Source of the DNA: a virus
Taxonomy: Duplodnaviria; Caudoviricetes
Strand: one strand, 5' to 3'
IMG/VR virus record: IMGVR_UViG_3300002301_000042
Span: 1-34,315 of that record
Length of the DNA: 34,315 bases
This document shows, piece after piece, positions 17,790-26,883 of the stretch. Made by a program: the position numbers and the translations under genes. The notes beneath the pieces were generated by a model. It was not told the origin of the DNA. It was given only the letters and a program-made list of their open reading frames with translations, and ran no database searches. How positions within the stretch are numbered: position 1 is the first letter of the stretch; each line of letters opens with the position of its first letter.

Positions 17790-18043
17790 TATTCATCCTC
17801 TTCATAACGATCTAAAGAACTTGACAGGTCAGTGACGATCAAATCAAGACATGTTAATTTAGTTTGTATTTCATCTATTTGCTTTTGCATAGCATACAAA
17901 GACATCCCTACTTGTCTGTCTCTGGCGTGCTTAGCGTACTCTTCTTTCATGTGAGAAACGATTCTATCGTCTATCTTTATCTTAAACTCTTCCATGATCC
18001 TCTGAGCTTCTTTGTCTATAATCTTATCTATATCCATAACCAC
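17789..18043 (-). CDS. Small coiled-coil hypothetical protein
   Basis: 84 aa, co-oriented and tightly packed. Confidence 0.6.
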   Translation of the reverse strand: MVMDIDKIIDKEAQRIMEEFKIKIDDRIVSHMKEEYAKHARDRQVGMSLYAMQKQIDEIQTKLTCLDLIVTDLSSSLDRYEEDE

Positions 18044-18061
18044 CCGGGTGTAACTTTTGTT

Positions 18062-18586
18062 TCATGAAATCTTGTTGCTTTTGATAACTCGATATCCATT
18101 ATTTTCCAATAGATTTTTGGCCCATTCAATGTGATCCTCTAATCTGCATCCATTAGGTTGGTGAGTAGACCACAATTCGAGATTTTCTATGCGATTATCG
18201 TCCCGTATTCCATTTTTATGGTGAACATTCTCACCCTCTTTTAGAGGTCTTCCTAAATGTTCAGACATCACATGAATATGTTCAAATATTGCATGTTTAT
18301 CACTCATCTTATTTGGATGATTTCGTACAGTTATGATTCTATATCCATTGTGATTGATGTGACCTTCTCCTCTAGAAGCCCTCAATTTTACGTCCAAAGG
18401 TAGATTGTTTTTTATTCTATAAGCACGTCGTCTTTTTTCCAGGTATTCTTTATGCTTTTCGGGATTGTTTTTGAAAAATTCTCTATTCGCACATGAGGCA
18501 CACATATTTCCATTTCTTCTGTCTCTTTGCACGAGAATCCTAGTACATAAAGAACAATCAATCCTGATCTTTTTCCTAGTCTTCAT
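18062..18586 (-). CDS. HNH homing endonuclease
   Basis: [38 protein letters not shown]; N-terminal CxxC..CxxC; ATGA overlap with the terminase stop. Confidence 0.9.
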   Translation of the reverse strand: MKTRKKIRIDCSLCTRILVQRDRRNGNMCASCANREFFKNNPEKHKEYLEKRRRAYRIKNNLPLDVKLRASRGEGHINHNGYRIITVRNHPNKMSDKHAIFEHIHVMSEHLGRPLKEGENVHHKNGIRDDNRIENLELWSTHQPNGCRLEDHIEWAKNLLENNGYRVIKSNKIS

Positions 18587-19875
18587 CGGAATCCGTATCC
18601 TCCAGGATGATATCTGTCCCTCAAAGCTTTTTCCTGTTTCTGATAGTATTCTTGTTCATTAAACGAGCTAACTTTATGAGTCGCAAGCACATAACGAGTC
18701 GCATCGATGGCGTGATCGTTCATTTTTAAAGGAGCATCTTCACCTAATTTAGCTTTTTTCGGGTCCCAAACATAGGACTGGATTTCTTTTATAAGATTCT
18801 TGCATTCTCTCATGACAAAAAAATTACCCTGCTGCATTTCATTAGTCATTTTATTGATGCCGTATAAAACATCATTATTTCCATCGACAGGTCTCATGCC
18901 TCTACGGCGCAAGTCTTCCTTAAAGGCTGCTGCTGATGGATCTATGTAGATGGATTTAACGGCATATGGCTCTAGGAATTCTTTAACCGCATCTGCATAT
19001 TCAGCATTGGTCTTTTGACGACCTTGTGCTTTAGAATCCCAGTAATATTCTTTTTCTACCCAAAGACGCTTACCTTGTTGTTCGTACTTGCCTGTTGATA
19101 CGCCTATAAGAACACAAGCAAATGCGTTAGACGTGCCTACATCAATACCAGCAATCCAATACTCAGCAGCGCGAGGAGGGCGATTAAGAACGTGCAGATC
19201 TGTGTCGAAGAAATCAAAGATAGCACCTTCTGCCAAGCACCATATCCCAAGATAGTTTCGTTTATAGGACAGACCAGAGTGAGAAAGTCTAATCCTTTCT
19301 TTATAGTCCTGATCGACAAAAGGATTATCATCAAGTGTGAAATGTAAAGAATAATAGTTTTTGTCTCCATCTATACCCCTGTCTATCCATTTTTTTATTT
19401 TGTGTTCAGGTTGTGCCGGGTTCATAGCTGCAAATCCACGAGACCAAGTGCATGAGAGACGGTTATCTATCATGTCTATCATGGAGTCCGGGTAGAGCGT
19501 CATCTCATCGCAATAAACACCTGACATGGTTTGACCCTGGATCTTACCTGCGCAAGATTCATCATTAGCACCCGTTGTATTGATTTGTTTGTCTTTGTAG
19601 GTCAAATATGCGTCTCCTGGATGCCATGTGCAAAATGGCCTGTAAACGCTGAATATAGGGTCTTCAAAGAGAAGCTTGATAGCGTTGTTGTAGATCGTTT
19701 TGGATGTATAGCCGATCATCCAGAGCTTAGAATCGGGACATTGATCCACAAAGTGCATAAAGCCATACAGAGTGCAGATAGTCTTTCCGGTACGAACTGA
19801 ACCGTGAGCTATGTTCCATTTAGCTGTGCAGTTAATGAGGAATTCAAGCTGCTTTGGAGCGAAGGGATCAGCCAT
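18583..19875 (-). CDS. terL: Terminase large subunit (PBSX-like)
   Basis: Walker A GSVRTGKT, Walker B VYCDE, MNP, nuclease motifs AGIDVG, IDPSA and DHAIDATRY. Confidence 0.93.
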   Translation of the reverse strand: MADPFAPKQLEFLINCTAKWNIAHGSVRTGKTICTLYGFMHFVDQCPDSKLWMIGYTSKTIYNNAIKLLFEDPIFSVYRPFCTWHPGDAYLTYKDKQINTTGANDESCAGKIQGQTMSGVYCDEMTLYPDSMIDMIDNRLSCTWSRGFAAMNPAQPEHKIKKWIDRGIDGDKNYYSLHFTLDDNPFVDQDYKERIRLSHSGLSYKRNYLGIWCLAEGAIFDFFDTDLHVLNRPPRAAEYWIAGIDVGTSNAFACVLIGVSTGKYEQQGKRLWVEKEYYWDSKAQGRQKTNAEYADAVKEFLEPYAVKSIYIDPSAAAFKEDLRRRGMRPVDGNNDVLYGINKMTNEMQQGNFFVMRECKNLIKEIQSYVWDPKKAKLGEDAPLKMNDHAIDATRYVLATHKVSSFNEQEYYQKQEKALRDRYHPGGYGFR

Positions 19876-20062
19876 CAGGCATCTCTGGTACAGGTATCTT
19901 CATCCAGAACAGATCATCTTTGCAGTATTTCTGTCTTGGCATCAAACCCAATTCATACTGATTGTTACATAATTGGAGAGTATCATATTCCCTATCATAT
20001 TTCCAGATAGGGAAGTCTTGGGGAAGAGGCATGAATTCAGAGAATCTAATCCAATTAGCCAT
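19868..20062 (-). CDS. Small DUF551-like protein
   Basis: Starts with WIRFSEFMP and ends WMKIPVPEMP; coupled to terL. Confidence 0.55.
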   Translation of the reverse strand: MANWIRFSEFMPLPQDFPIWKYDREYDTLQLCNNQYELGLMPRQKYCKDDLFWMKIPVPEMPDG

Positions 20063-20417
20063 TTTTAACTTTCCATATGTGTTGTTTAGCTGTTTTGAAT
20101 GAATTATGGATCAGATGAAGAGCTATTTGCTCAAGATCATCTAATTGCTTGGATTGCTCTGTTAGATCAGTATGAACTGATTGAGCGAGTAGAAAACAAA
20201 GCTGCGTTTGAACACATAGAAGAGCAGAAGTCCAAGCTGTTATACGATTAGATCCATGTTCTTTTTCAAAGGCTTGAATGCAGGCTAAGAGATAGTCTGT
20301 TTTATGTTTAGATTCTTGAACGTATGCTTCTCTGTCTTTGACTACATTTTCTACAGGAACGCCTGCTTGAGAGGCTATCTCTTCATCACTCATTGCTTGG
20401 ATTTTCTCTATGTCCAT
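20055..20417 (-). CDS. Hypothetical protein (120 aa from MDIEKIQ)
   Basis: GAGG RBS before the ATG at 20417; the longer call overlaps the divergent gene. Confidence 0.6.
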   Translation of the reverse strand: MDIEKIQAMSDEEIASQAGVPVENVVKDREAYVQESKHKTDYLLACIQAFEKEHGSNRITAWTSALLCVQTQLCFLLAQSVHTDLTEQSKQLDDLEQIALHLIHNSFKTAKQHIWKVKNG

Positions 20418-20481
20418 ATTTTCCTCTAACGGTTGAAATTGTACAATATATAGAATATACGATTTATGGAGGTAAAGATTT

Positions 20482-20667
20482 ATGAGGCAAGTAAAATTAC
20501 AACACAAGAATATCATCTACCATTGCTGGATAGAGAACAAAAAAGACATCAAAATAGGCGATGAGGTAACTCTTAAGGGAGAGGAAATGAATCCTTGGAC
20601 TATTTTAAGAATGTCTGTTAATCATGAAGAAAATCCTAACAGGACTTGGAAAGTGGGAGGTCTATGA
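20482..20667 (+). CDS. Small hypothetical protein
   Basis: 61 aa, GGAGGT RBS. Confidence 0.65.
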   Translation: MRQVKLQHKNIIYHCWIENKKDIKIGDEVTLKGEEMNPWTILRMSVNHEENPNRTWKVGGL

Positions 20668-21041
20668 AACAACGTAATCGTGCCAAGTGCAAGCTGTGTG
20701 GAGATGTAATAGAGAGCTTAACAGCCAGTGATCTTCAGATGTGTGATTGTGAGACTATCGGAGTCTATGGAGGTATGGAAGTCTATAGAGCCATCTTTGA
20801 TAAACCTGAGCATTTCATCAGAATAGATGATGAAGATAGGGAGATTCCTATTGAATACATAGAAAAGCCTGATGAGATGATCAAGGAGAATCCCGGTGTA
20901 AGTAGGAAGGACATGATAGACATGCTCAAACTGCATCTAGAGGGCTTTGATAATCTACCGGATCATGCCAAGCATCAGCCTGCCAGTCAGTATGATGTCC
21001 AGTGTTTAGCGATGATCATTTATGGAATATTGAGAAATTAG
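20664..21041 (+). CDS. Zinc-finger phage protein
   Basis: RNRAKCKLCGDVIES..CDC..GVYGG; GGAGG RBS and ATGA overlap support the start at 20664. Confidence 0.7.
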   Translation: MKQRNRAKCKLCGDVIESLTASDLQMCDCETIGVYGGMEVYRAIFDKPEHFIRIDDEDREIPIEYIEKPDEMIKENPGVSRKDMIDMLKLHLEGFDNLPDHAKHQPASQYDVQCLAMIIYGILRN

Positions 21042-21191
21042 TAGATTTATATTGACAGATTGATTACCCTAAGAGCCAGCACGGCGATTGAGGGCCTGTG
21101 CCGTAAGGACACACGCTATTCCCGTCGCGAAAGGGTTCGCGGGGGGCTTAAGTTAGTTAGTTCTAGTCAAGTTAAGTTCTTTCGCTTCTCT

Positions 21192-21368
21192 CTATCGAGT
21201 CTCATCTTTGCTTTTCTGTTTCAGATGATCGGGTAATAGCTCCCAAGCAAGTGGGTCAACCAGTGTTTGTCCGATCTTACCTGTCATAAGAAATTCTATG
21301 GCTTCATCTTGGTTCTTATTAAGAAAATCAGCAATATAACTACTGATCTGATTGAGTGGATCTGTCAT
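21192..21368 (-). CDS. Small hypothetical protein (58 aa, below cutoff)
   Basis: MTDPLNQISSYIADFLNKNQDEAIEFLMTGKIGQTLVDPLAWELLPDHLKQKSKDETR; overlaps the terS end. Confidence 0.5.
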   Translation of the reverse strand: MTDPLNQISSYIADFLNKNQDEAIEFLMTGKIGQTLVDPLAWELLPDHLKQKSKDETR

Positions 21369-21720
21369 TTTGAGCCTTAGTCAATTGATCCATGATGGCT
21401 TTAGAGGTCTCTATCTGCATCTGTGTGACAGTGACATCAATAGGCGTATCTCTTTGTTTAAGACGGTTTTTACCAAGCCAAACCATCATAGTATTATCAC
21501 CGGCTAAAGCCTTGTCATACTGTACATTACGCAGACAAGAATTTCCTTTCTCATACATTTTGGCTGAATATGCCGAGTAGTGCATTCCATAACGTTCTGA
21601 GGTTCTGTTATATAAGGTGTCCTCATGAATATTGAAATGAGGAGCTATTTCAGTACCGGAACATCCTGCGATTAACAGCTTATCGACTAATTCCCAATCT
21701 ATAGGTTTTTCTAAAGCCAT
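21340..21720 (-). CDS. terS: Putative terminase small subunit
   Basis: IDWELVDKL..GCSGTEIA..FNIHEDTL HTH and GDNTMMVWLGKNRLKQRD motif; upstream of terL. Confidence 0.7.
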   Translation of the reverse strand: MALEKPIDWELVDKLLIAGCSGTEIAPHFNIHEDTLYNRTSERYGMHYSAYSAKMYEKGNSCLRNVQYDKALAGDNTMMVWLGKNRLKQRDTPIDVTVTQMQIETSKAIMDQLTKAQNDRSTQSDQ

Positions 21721-21873
21721 AATTTATCTTTTGTTTTTACAGTGAAAGAGTAGAAGATATACAAATAGAGATAATATTGCTAGTGAAGTAAATATCATAC
21801 AAATAAGCATATTGTTTCGAAGGGAGATCTGTTCACTAAGCCAATTGCTGTAGTCATAATGAACAGACTCCGG

Positions 21874-22089
21874 TTATTTTTTCTTACGAGACTCACCGGC
21901 TTCTGAATAGCCAATGGCTACAGCTTGCTTAGGATTGGTTACTTTATCACCCGATCCTGAATGGAGAGTTCCTCGTTTGAATTCTTCCATTACGGTTTTC
22001 TTTTTATCTTTAGTAGATAGAGATTTACGTTTAGCAGCACCTGCACCCAGTTTATCCGGATGGGACATTGCTTTTTTGATCTTATCCAC
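21874..22089 (-). CDS. Small basic DUF6496-like protein
   Basis: VMEEFKRGTLHSGSGDKVTNPKQAVAIGYSEA motif. Confidence 0.7.
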   Translation of the reverse strand: MDKIKKAMSHPDKLGAGAAKRKSLSTKDKKKTVMEEFKRGTLHSGSGDKVTNPKQAVAIGYSEAGESRKKK

Positions 22090-22193
22090 TACTTCTTCCC
22101 TTTATGCTTTTTCTTGTTGAAAGCTTTTTTATGTTCTTTCATTGACATTTCTTTAGCTTCAGGTTCTTTCTTTGCTTCGGGCATCTTGGCCAT
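22089..22193 (-). CDS. Very small Lys-rich protein (34 aa)
   Basis: MAKMPEAKKEPEAKEMSMKEHKKAFNKKKHKGKK; GGAG RBS; stop overlaps the next GTG. Confidence 0.55.
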   Translation of the reverse strand: MAKMPEAKKEPEAKEMSMKEHKKAFNKKKHKGKK

Positions 22194-22245
22194 AAAATCT
22201 CCAATTGTTTGTTTAAATACATCATTTAACATAGACATTTTTAGA

Positions 22246-22443
22246 TCAATCCCAATCTTCTAGTATTCTTCCTTCTAGCTTCTTACCGGGCGGTAAAGAG
22301 GCATAGATCTCCAAAAGATAGGGTGTTTCCTCATCTATACAGACTGTGGACTGTAGTAAAGCTCCTTGATTGATCTTATGCAGATCATCCGCTGTCAGCT
22401 CAATAGTGAGTCTGGTGAGCTTGGTAGAATTAGCTATTGCCAT
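22246..22443 (-). CDS. Small hypothetical protein
   Basis: 65 aa, coupled to rusA. Confidence 0.55.
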   Translation of the reverse strand: MAIANSTKLTRLTIELTADDLHKINQGALLQSTVCIDEETPYLLEIYASLPPGKKLEGRILEDWD

Positions 22444-22834
22444 AAGCTTTCTCTATTTTGATAGTTGTATGATCATAAGATGAATAGCGTTTCTTAGCGT
22501 TTAGATTCACTACTAAGCCATCATCTTCTATCACTATGCCTTTGAGACAGTCTAAATAGAACTTACAGAGATTGTCCAGATCGAATTTAGAGACAGGGAA
22601 CAGTAATTCTTCTAAGCACTCTATTTGTTTCTTTTTGCTAAACGACTTAGGCATATTGAAGTAAAAAGTAATGTGAACAGTAACAGGGCATGTAGTGGGG
22701 GGGTGTGAATATTGTTGAGATATATCATACTGTACTTGCTCCTTTTCTCTATAAAGAGGATTGAATGTACGGTGTTCATACACACGGGGAGATTTGAAGG
22801 GAATGGGTTTACCTAAGATGTCTAGAATGATCAC
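22430..22834 (-). CDS. rusA: RusA-family Holliday junction resolvase
   Basis: GKPIP..PR, DLDNLCKFYLDCLKGIVIEDD and KRYS motifs. Confidence 0.9.
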   Translation of the reverse strand: MIILDILGKPIPFKSPRVYEHRTFNPLYREKEQVQYDISQQYSHPPTTCPVTVHITFYFNMPKSFSKKKQIECLEELLFPVSKFDLDNLCKFYLDCLKGIVIEDDGLVVNLNAKKRYSSYDHTTIKIEKAYGNS

Positions 22835-23037
22835 TTGGGTTCCTTCGGTATGAGTATGTAGTAACGTATGTCTTTTAGATCTATATCAGTTCTTTTAAGC
22901 AAGATGTATCCGCCCCCTTCTGTCCATATGTAGATTCCTAGGCGCTCATCAGTGATATCGGGTTTAGCAATGAATAGAATATCCCTGTAATGATCGGATC
23001 CGCTTAACGGATGTTCTGATGGATCTAGCCATGTCAT
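22831..23037 (-). CDS. Small hypothetical protein
   Basis: 68 aa, 4-nt overlaps on both sides. Confidence 0.6.
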   Translation of the reverse strand: MTWLDPSEHPLSGSDHYRDILFIAKPDITDERLGIYIWTEGGGYILLKRTDIDLKDIRYYILIPKEPK

Positions 23038-23204
23038 AGGATCACCTGTCCCTTAGTCACTTGTTCTATTAGCTTACGATATTTCTCTCTGCACTTTGTT
23101 TTACCATTGACCCAGTAGTAGATGGTAGAATGAGCTATCCCCCAAGCTTTAGCAGCTTCACGGTAAGACAGGTTGTTTATGCGTAAGTATGTTCTCAAAG
23201 TCAT
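23034..23204 (-). CDS. Cro-like HTH regulator (56 aa, below cutoff)
   Basis: MTLRTYLRINNLSYREAAKAWGIAHSTIYYWVNGKTKCREKYRKLIEQVTKGQVIL. Confidence 0.8.
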   Translation of the reverse strand: MTLRTYLRINNLSYREAAKAWGIAHSTIYYWVNGKTKCREKYRKLIEQVTKGQVIL

Positions 23205-23210
23205 GTTCTA

Positions 23211-23305
23211 ATTGTACATCAAGATATTTATTTAAGTCAAGTTTCATAGGGAGAATCGTTCAAATAAATATTGAGACTGTACAAAATGGGTGATTGTGGT
23301 ATAGT
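23211..23305. promoter_or_regulatory. Divergent promoter pair
   Basis: Minus: TTGACT (23240-23235)-18 nt-TACAAT (23216-23211). Plus: extended -10 TGgTATAGT at about 23297-23305. Confidence 0.6.
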
Positions 23306-23376
23306 GAAAAGGACAAGGTGATTGGGGAGACTCACCATTACAAAAACCCCTTTGAAAACTGAAATGAAGGTCATCT

Positions 23377-23553
23377 ATGACACCGGAACAACGCTATCTA
23401 TCGGATGTTTGCATCCACACATACCAATATATTATTGAATGTAAGAAACAGGATGTAGAGCCTGCTGTATGGGCTTTGGATCTGATTATAAACTTTGTAG
23501 AGAATGATTTAGAGAATTATAAAATGATCAGGAAAAACAATGGAGAAAACTGA
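23377..23553 (+). CDS. Small hypothetical protein (58 aa, below cutoff)
   Basis: MTPEQRYLSDVCIHTYQYII..; AAGGT RBS; TGATG coupling to the next gene. Confidence 0.55.
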   Translation: MTPEQRYLSDVCIHTYQYIIECKKQDVEPAVWALDLIINFVENDLENYKMIRKNNGEN

Positions 23554-23741
23554 TGAGTGAATTTATTGAAGAAAAAGAATTGGAAAGAATAAGACATCAT
23601 GCCAATGAACTATTATTTAATATCCATAGACTGATGGCTTTCAATTTACGCTCTATCGTAGAAGACGCTGGCAATGACATTTGCAAAGAAGCTGAAAATA
23701 TACAGAAAATCTTAAAACAAAGGGAAAATAATGGACTTTAA
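23553..23741 (+). CDS. Small hypothetical protein
   Basis: 62 aa, GGAG RBS. Confidence 0.6.
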   Translation: MSEFIEEKELERIRHHANELLFNIHRLMAFNLRSIVEDAGNDICKEAENIQKILKQRENNGL

Positions 23742-24363
23742 AATATCGAGCGACAGTATAGGACAAATAACAGAAGCGTTAAGCAAGGCACAAGGAAAAA
23801 TAGAAAATGCTCTTAAAGACAGTAAAAATCCATTTTATAAAAGCTCTTATGCTGATCTTTCGAGCGTTATGCTGGTGTGTAAGGAGCCTCTCACAGTACA
23901 TCAATTGGCTTTTAGCTCGTCCATTGTGATGGAAGCGGGGAACGCATTCTTAGTAGCTACCTTAAGCCACAGTTCAGGAGAATGGCTAAGGAGCTATATG
24001 CCCTTAATAACAGCTAAGAACGATATGCAGAGCTTAGGAGCTGCTATTAGCTATGCTAGGCGGTTTTGTTTAGCTGCTTTGTGTCATGTGGGAGTGGAAG
24101 AGGATGATGGAGAAAAGGCTGTAGATAGAGGAACAGGTGAAGTTAAGCAACCTCTTTCTGAGAAGAGCGTGCAATCTTATGCTAATTCTCCTCCGTTAAG
24201 TGACCTACAAAGACAGAAGATACAGGCGTTAGTGGATGCTATCAAGGACGATGCTTATATGGCTAAGCTGTGTACTTTCTTGAATGTGAAGAACATTCTG
24301 GATATTTCCGGTAAGGACTTTGACAAAGTCATGAACAGCTTAGAGAAAAAGGTGGGGGAATGA
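23731..24363 (+). CDS. erf: ERF-family ssDNA annealing protein
   Basis: KDSKNPFYKSSYADL, HSSGEW and GAAISYARRF..EEDDG motifs. Confidence 0.9.
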   Translation: MDFKISSDSIGQITEALSKAQGKIENALKDSKNPFYKSSYADLSSVMLVCKEPLTVHQLAFSSSIVMEAGNAFLVATLSHSSGEWLRSYMPLITAKNDMQSLGAAISYARRFCLAALCHVGVEEDDGEKAVDRGTGEVKQPLSEKSVQSYANSPPLSDLQRQKIQALVDAIKDDAYMAKLCTFLNVKNILDISGKDFDKVMNSLEKKVGE

Positions 24364-25235
24364 AAATCCTCAGTTTAACACAAGGCTCTGAAGCCTGGCA
24401 TGCTCATAGACGAAATTCTTTGGGTGCAACGACTGCTTCGATTTTATCCGGAAGTAATCCCTGGAAGACCCCTTATGATCTGTATGTGGAGATGGTAGAG
24501 GGAAAGATAGGGCTTACGAATGATGCTATGCGTAAAGGCGTTGAATTAGAGGATGAGGCTAGACGATGGGCTGAACAGCAGTTGGAATGTCAGTTGTTTC
24601 CGGTAACAGGTCAGCATGACGATAGGGACTACATGCACGCTTCCTACGATGGACTAAGCCTGGATGGGACGGTAGCTGTAGAGATCAAATGCTCTAAGAA
24701 AACGTATGAAGATGCTAAGAAAGGAACCGTTCCTATTTATTACATGTGGCAGATGCAGCAGCAGATGTTGATAGCCGATCTGGACGTTATGTACTATGTT
24801 TGCTACTGGAATGGCAGGGGAGAGATAATGACTGTAGAAAGAGATCCTAAGATGATCTCAGAGCTGTATACAAACGCTTCTGACTTCTATCATTGGCATT
24901 TGAAAGTAAAGATACCGCCTAGATCCGATAAGCCCGAAAAACAGGCTTTAAAGCAGCTTGATGAGGATTCTAGACAGGCTGTATTATTGAATCTGATGAA
25001 CAGAGATGAGATCGTTAAGAAGATCAAGCATCTGGAAGAGCTTAAGAGCTATCTCGATGAGCAGATATATGCAGAAGTGAAAGAAAGCTGTGAGATAGGG
25101 AAATGGAAGATCATCAAAAGTTCCGTTAGAGGAACAATTGATTATGAGAAGTTAGCACAGGCCACAGGCATTGATGTGGATTTATACAGAAAACCTAACA
25201 GAGAACAATGGAGGATCACCAGTGGAAAAGATTGA
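24360..25235 (+). CDS. YqaJ / lambda-exonuclease family protein
   Basis: QGSEAWHAHRR, G..LE, ASYDG, EIKC and YMWQMQQQM motifs; adjacent to ERF. Confidence 0.9.
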   Translation: MKILSLTQGSEAWHAHRRNSLGATTASILSGSNPWKTPYDLYVEMVEGKIGLTNDAMRKGVELEDEARRWAEQQLECQLFPVTGQHDDRDYMHASYDGLSLDGTVAVEIKCSKKTYEDAKKGTVPIYYMWQMQQQMLIADLDVMYYVCYWNGRGEIMTVERDPKMISELYTNASDFYHWHLKVKIPPRSDKPEKQALKQLDEDSRQAVLLNLMNRDEIVKKIKHLEELKSYLDEQIYAEVKESCEIGKWKIIKSSVRGTIDYEKLAQATGIDVDLYRKPNREQWRITSGKD

Positions 25236-25461
25236 ACTTGAAGTAGGAGATGTTGTGCAATTGAATCCTGAGCATCAGTTTGCAGGCATGTTAGTTGTGG
25301 TTACTGAGCCTAAGAGCTTTGGTTGTCAGGGATACTTAATGAGTCAGTTTAACTTTGAGGCTACTAGATTTAAAGGAGTGGCTTATGTTAGACCTAAGTT
25401 TGAGGAATTTGAGTATGTGGGCAGAATGCAGTGGGTATGGGAGCCTGAAAAATGCGAGTAG
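25222..25461 (+). CDS. Small beta-barrel hypothetical protein
   Basis: GGAGG RBS then GTG at 25222; GDVVQLNP..VVTEPKSFGCQGY. Confidence 0.65.
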   Translation: MEKIELEVGDVVQLNPEHQFAGMLVVVTEPKSFGCQGYLMSQFNFEATRFKGVAYVRPKFEEFEYVGRMQWVWEPEKCE

Positions 25462-25559
25462 TATTTATCTTTCTGGCAGGTATGCTGACCGGATGTATCA
25501 TTGAGTGGATCTCTTGGATGAGAGCTGCTAGAAAAAATGGATGGATTAAAAGAAAATGA
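25452..25559 (+). CDS. Small membrane peptide (35 aa)
   Basis: MRVVFIFLAGMLTGCIIEWISWMRAARKNGWIKRK; GGAG RBS; ATGA overlap with the next gene. Confidence 0.5.
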   Translation: MRVVFIFLAGMLTGCIIEWISWMRAARKNGWIKRK

Positions 25560-25963
25560 AAGAAGAATTCTATGGAAAGATGATTGAATGGATAGAGAAC
25601 ATAGGAAACCTTGCTTCCTCTGAGATTCCTGAATTTGTTAGAGAAGTAGCTACTTATGGATTTTATGGTAATCTTTTTGAAAGCGTAATATGGATTATCC
25701 TTCTGTCAGTAGGAATAGAGACTTGTAGAAGATTAAGAAATTGTATGCAGGTTGTACAGAAAGAAAATGCTGAACTCAGAAAAGATAAGATATCTTTTCG
25801 ATCAGAACGTGCTACGGATGGATACATGATAGGAATGACAGTGATTTACCTCGTGTGTTTCGCATTTGTAATAGGATTCTGCAACTGTGTAGAAAATTGT
25901 ATTAAAGCAAAAGTTTCACCTAAGTTGTATGTAATAGAGAGGTTTTTATGCTCAAAAAAATGA
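25556..25963 (+). CDS. Two-TM membrane protein
   Basis: 135 aa with two hydrophobic stretches. Confidence 0.65.
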   Translation: MKEEFYGKMIEWIENIGNLASSEIPEFVREVATYGFYGNLFESVIWIILLSVGIETCRRLRNCMQVVQKENAELRKDKISFRSERATDGYMIGMTVIYLVCFAFVIGFCNCVENCIKAKVSPKLYVIERFLCSKK

Positions 25964-26127
25964 TGATATTGTGGCCCGTATTAGCATTGTGCTCTTGTAT
26001 GGAAAAACAAAATGGGGAGATTGCTGATATGGTAGAGACCTGCTTCCAGCACAGGCAAGGAATTGTTATAACCTTCATGCCCACGCCTGAGCTAAGTCAT
26101 GATGGGAAAGAGGAGAAGATTAAGTGA
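25948..26127 (+). CDS. Small lipoprotein (59 aa, below cutoff)
   Basis: MLKKMMILWPVLALCSC signal with lipobox; GAGGT RBS. Confidence 0.6.
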   Translation: MLKKMMILWPVLALCSCMEKQNGEIADMVETCFQHRQGIVITFMPTPELSHDGKEEKIK

Positions 26128-26615
26128 TAATGGAATCTGAAAGACTTGAGAGATTGGATCAAAATAGATTCAATGAGGAATATTATGACGACAGAAAATT
26201 TTGTGATCGTCTTTGTGCATTTTTAGAAATAGATCCTCATGACTGTACATTAGTAGATGCTGCTTATTTTGATTTTAGCGTCCTTCCAGAGGATCAATAT
26301 GGCCATAAAATAATGAGCAGAGACGCATATCTAGTCTTCTGTATCAAAGATAATGGCGAATATCTATCTAGATGGATTGATCGGTGGGATTTAGACAGTG
26401 ATGATCCTATAATAGCTGGGAAATGCGAACATCCTCCGTATGACCCACAGACTACCAACCATGCTCCGGAAATCAAACAGAAATTCAATCCTGATCTTCT
26501 CAGTACTCCTTGTCCCAGTTTCTTTGATATTTTTAAGGGGAAATAAAATTCTTAAGTGGATTAGAAAGCATCATTTCAAAAAAAATTGCAGATGGGAAAG
26601 AGGAGAAGATTAAGT
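26101..26615 (+). repeat. 25-bp perfect direct repeat (26101-26125 and 26591-26615)
   Basis: GATGGGAAAGAGGAGAAGATTAAGT occurs twice. Confidence 0.95.
26124..26546 (+). CDS. Acidic hypothetical protein
   Basis: 140 aa between the direct repeats. Confidence 0.65.
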   Translation: MIMESERLERLDQNRFNEEYYDDRKFCDRLCAFLEIDPHDCTLVDAAYFDFSVLPEDQYGHKIMSRDAYLVFCIKDNGEYLSRWIDRWDLDSDDPIIAGKCEHPPYDPQTTNHAPEIKQKFNPDLLSTPCPSFFDIFKGK

Positions 26616-26616
26616 A

Positions 26617-26883
26617 ATGGGAATATACTATTCGGCGGTAGACTGGAAGGAAAAGAAACAATTTGAAGCTCCTAAGGGTTTTTCGATAAAAGCACCTGGA
26701 ATATTTCATCCGGAAAACCCATTTCCTAATATGGTCATGATGAAAAATTACCAGGGATATAATTTTGAATTGGTCGGAGACATGAGCGTTGAATATGAAA
26801 CGTCTTGTTGTTTTGAGGATATTACAGAAAAAGTTTACGAAGAATACTTATCATATTTTCCGGAATACAGGAAGGACAAATGA
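26617..26883 (+). CDS. Hypothetical protein
   Basis: 88 aa using the RBS in the second repeat copy. Confidence 0.65.
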   Translation: MGIYYSAVDWKEKKQFEAPKGFSIKAPGIFHPENPFPNMVMMKNYQGYNFELVGDMSVEYETSCCFEDITEKVYEEYLSYFPEYRKDK

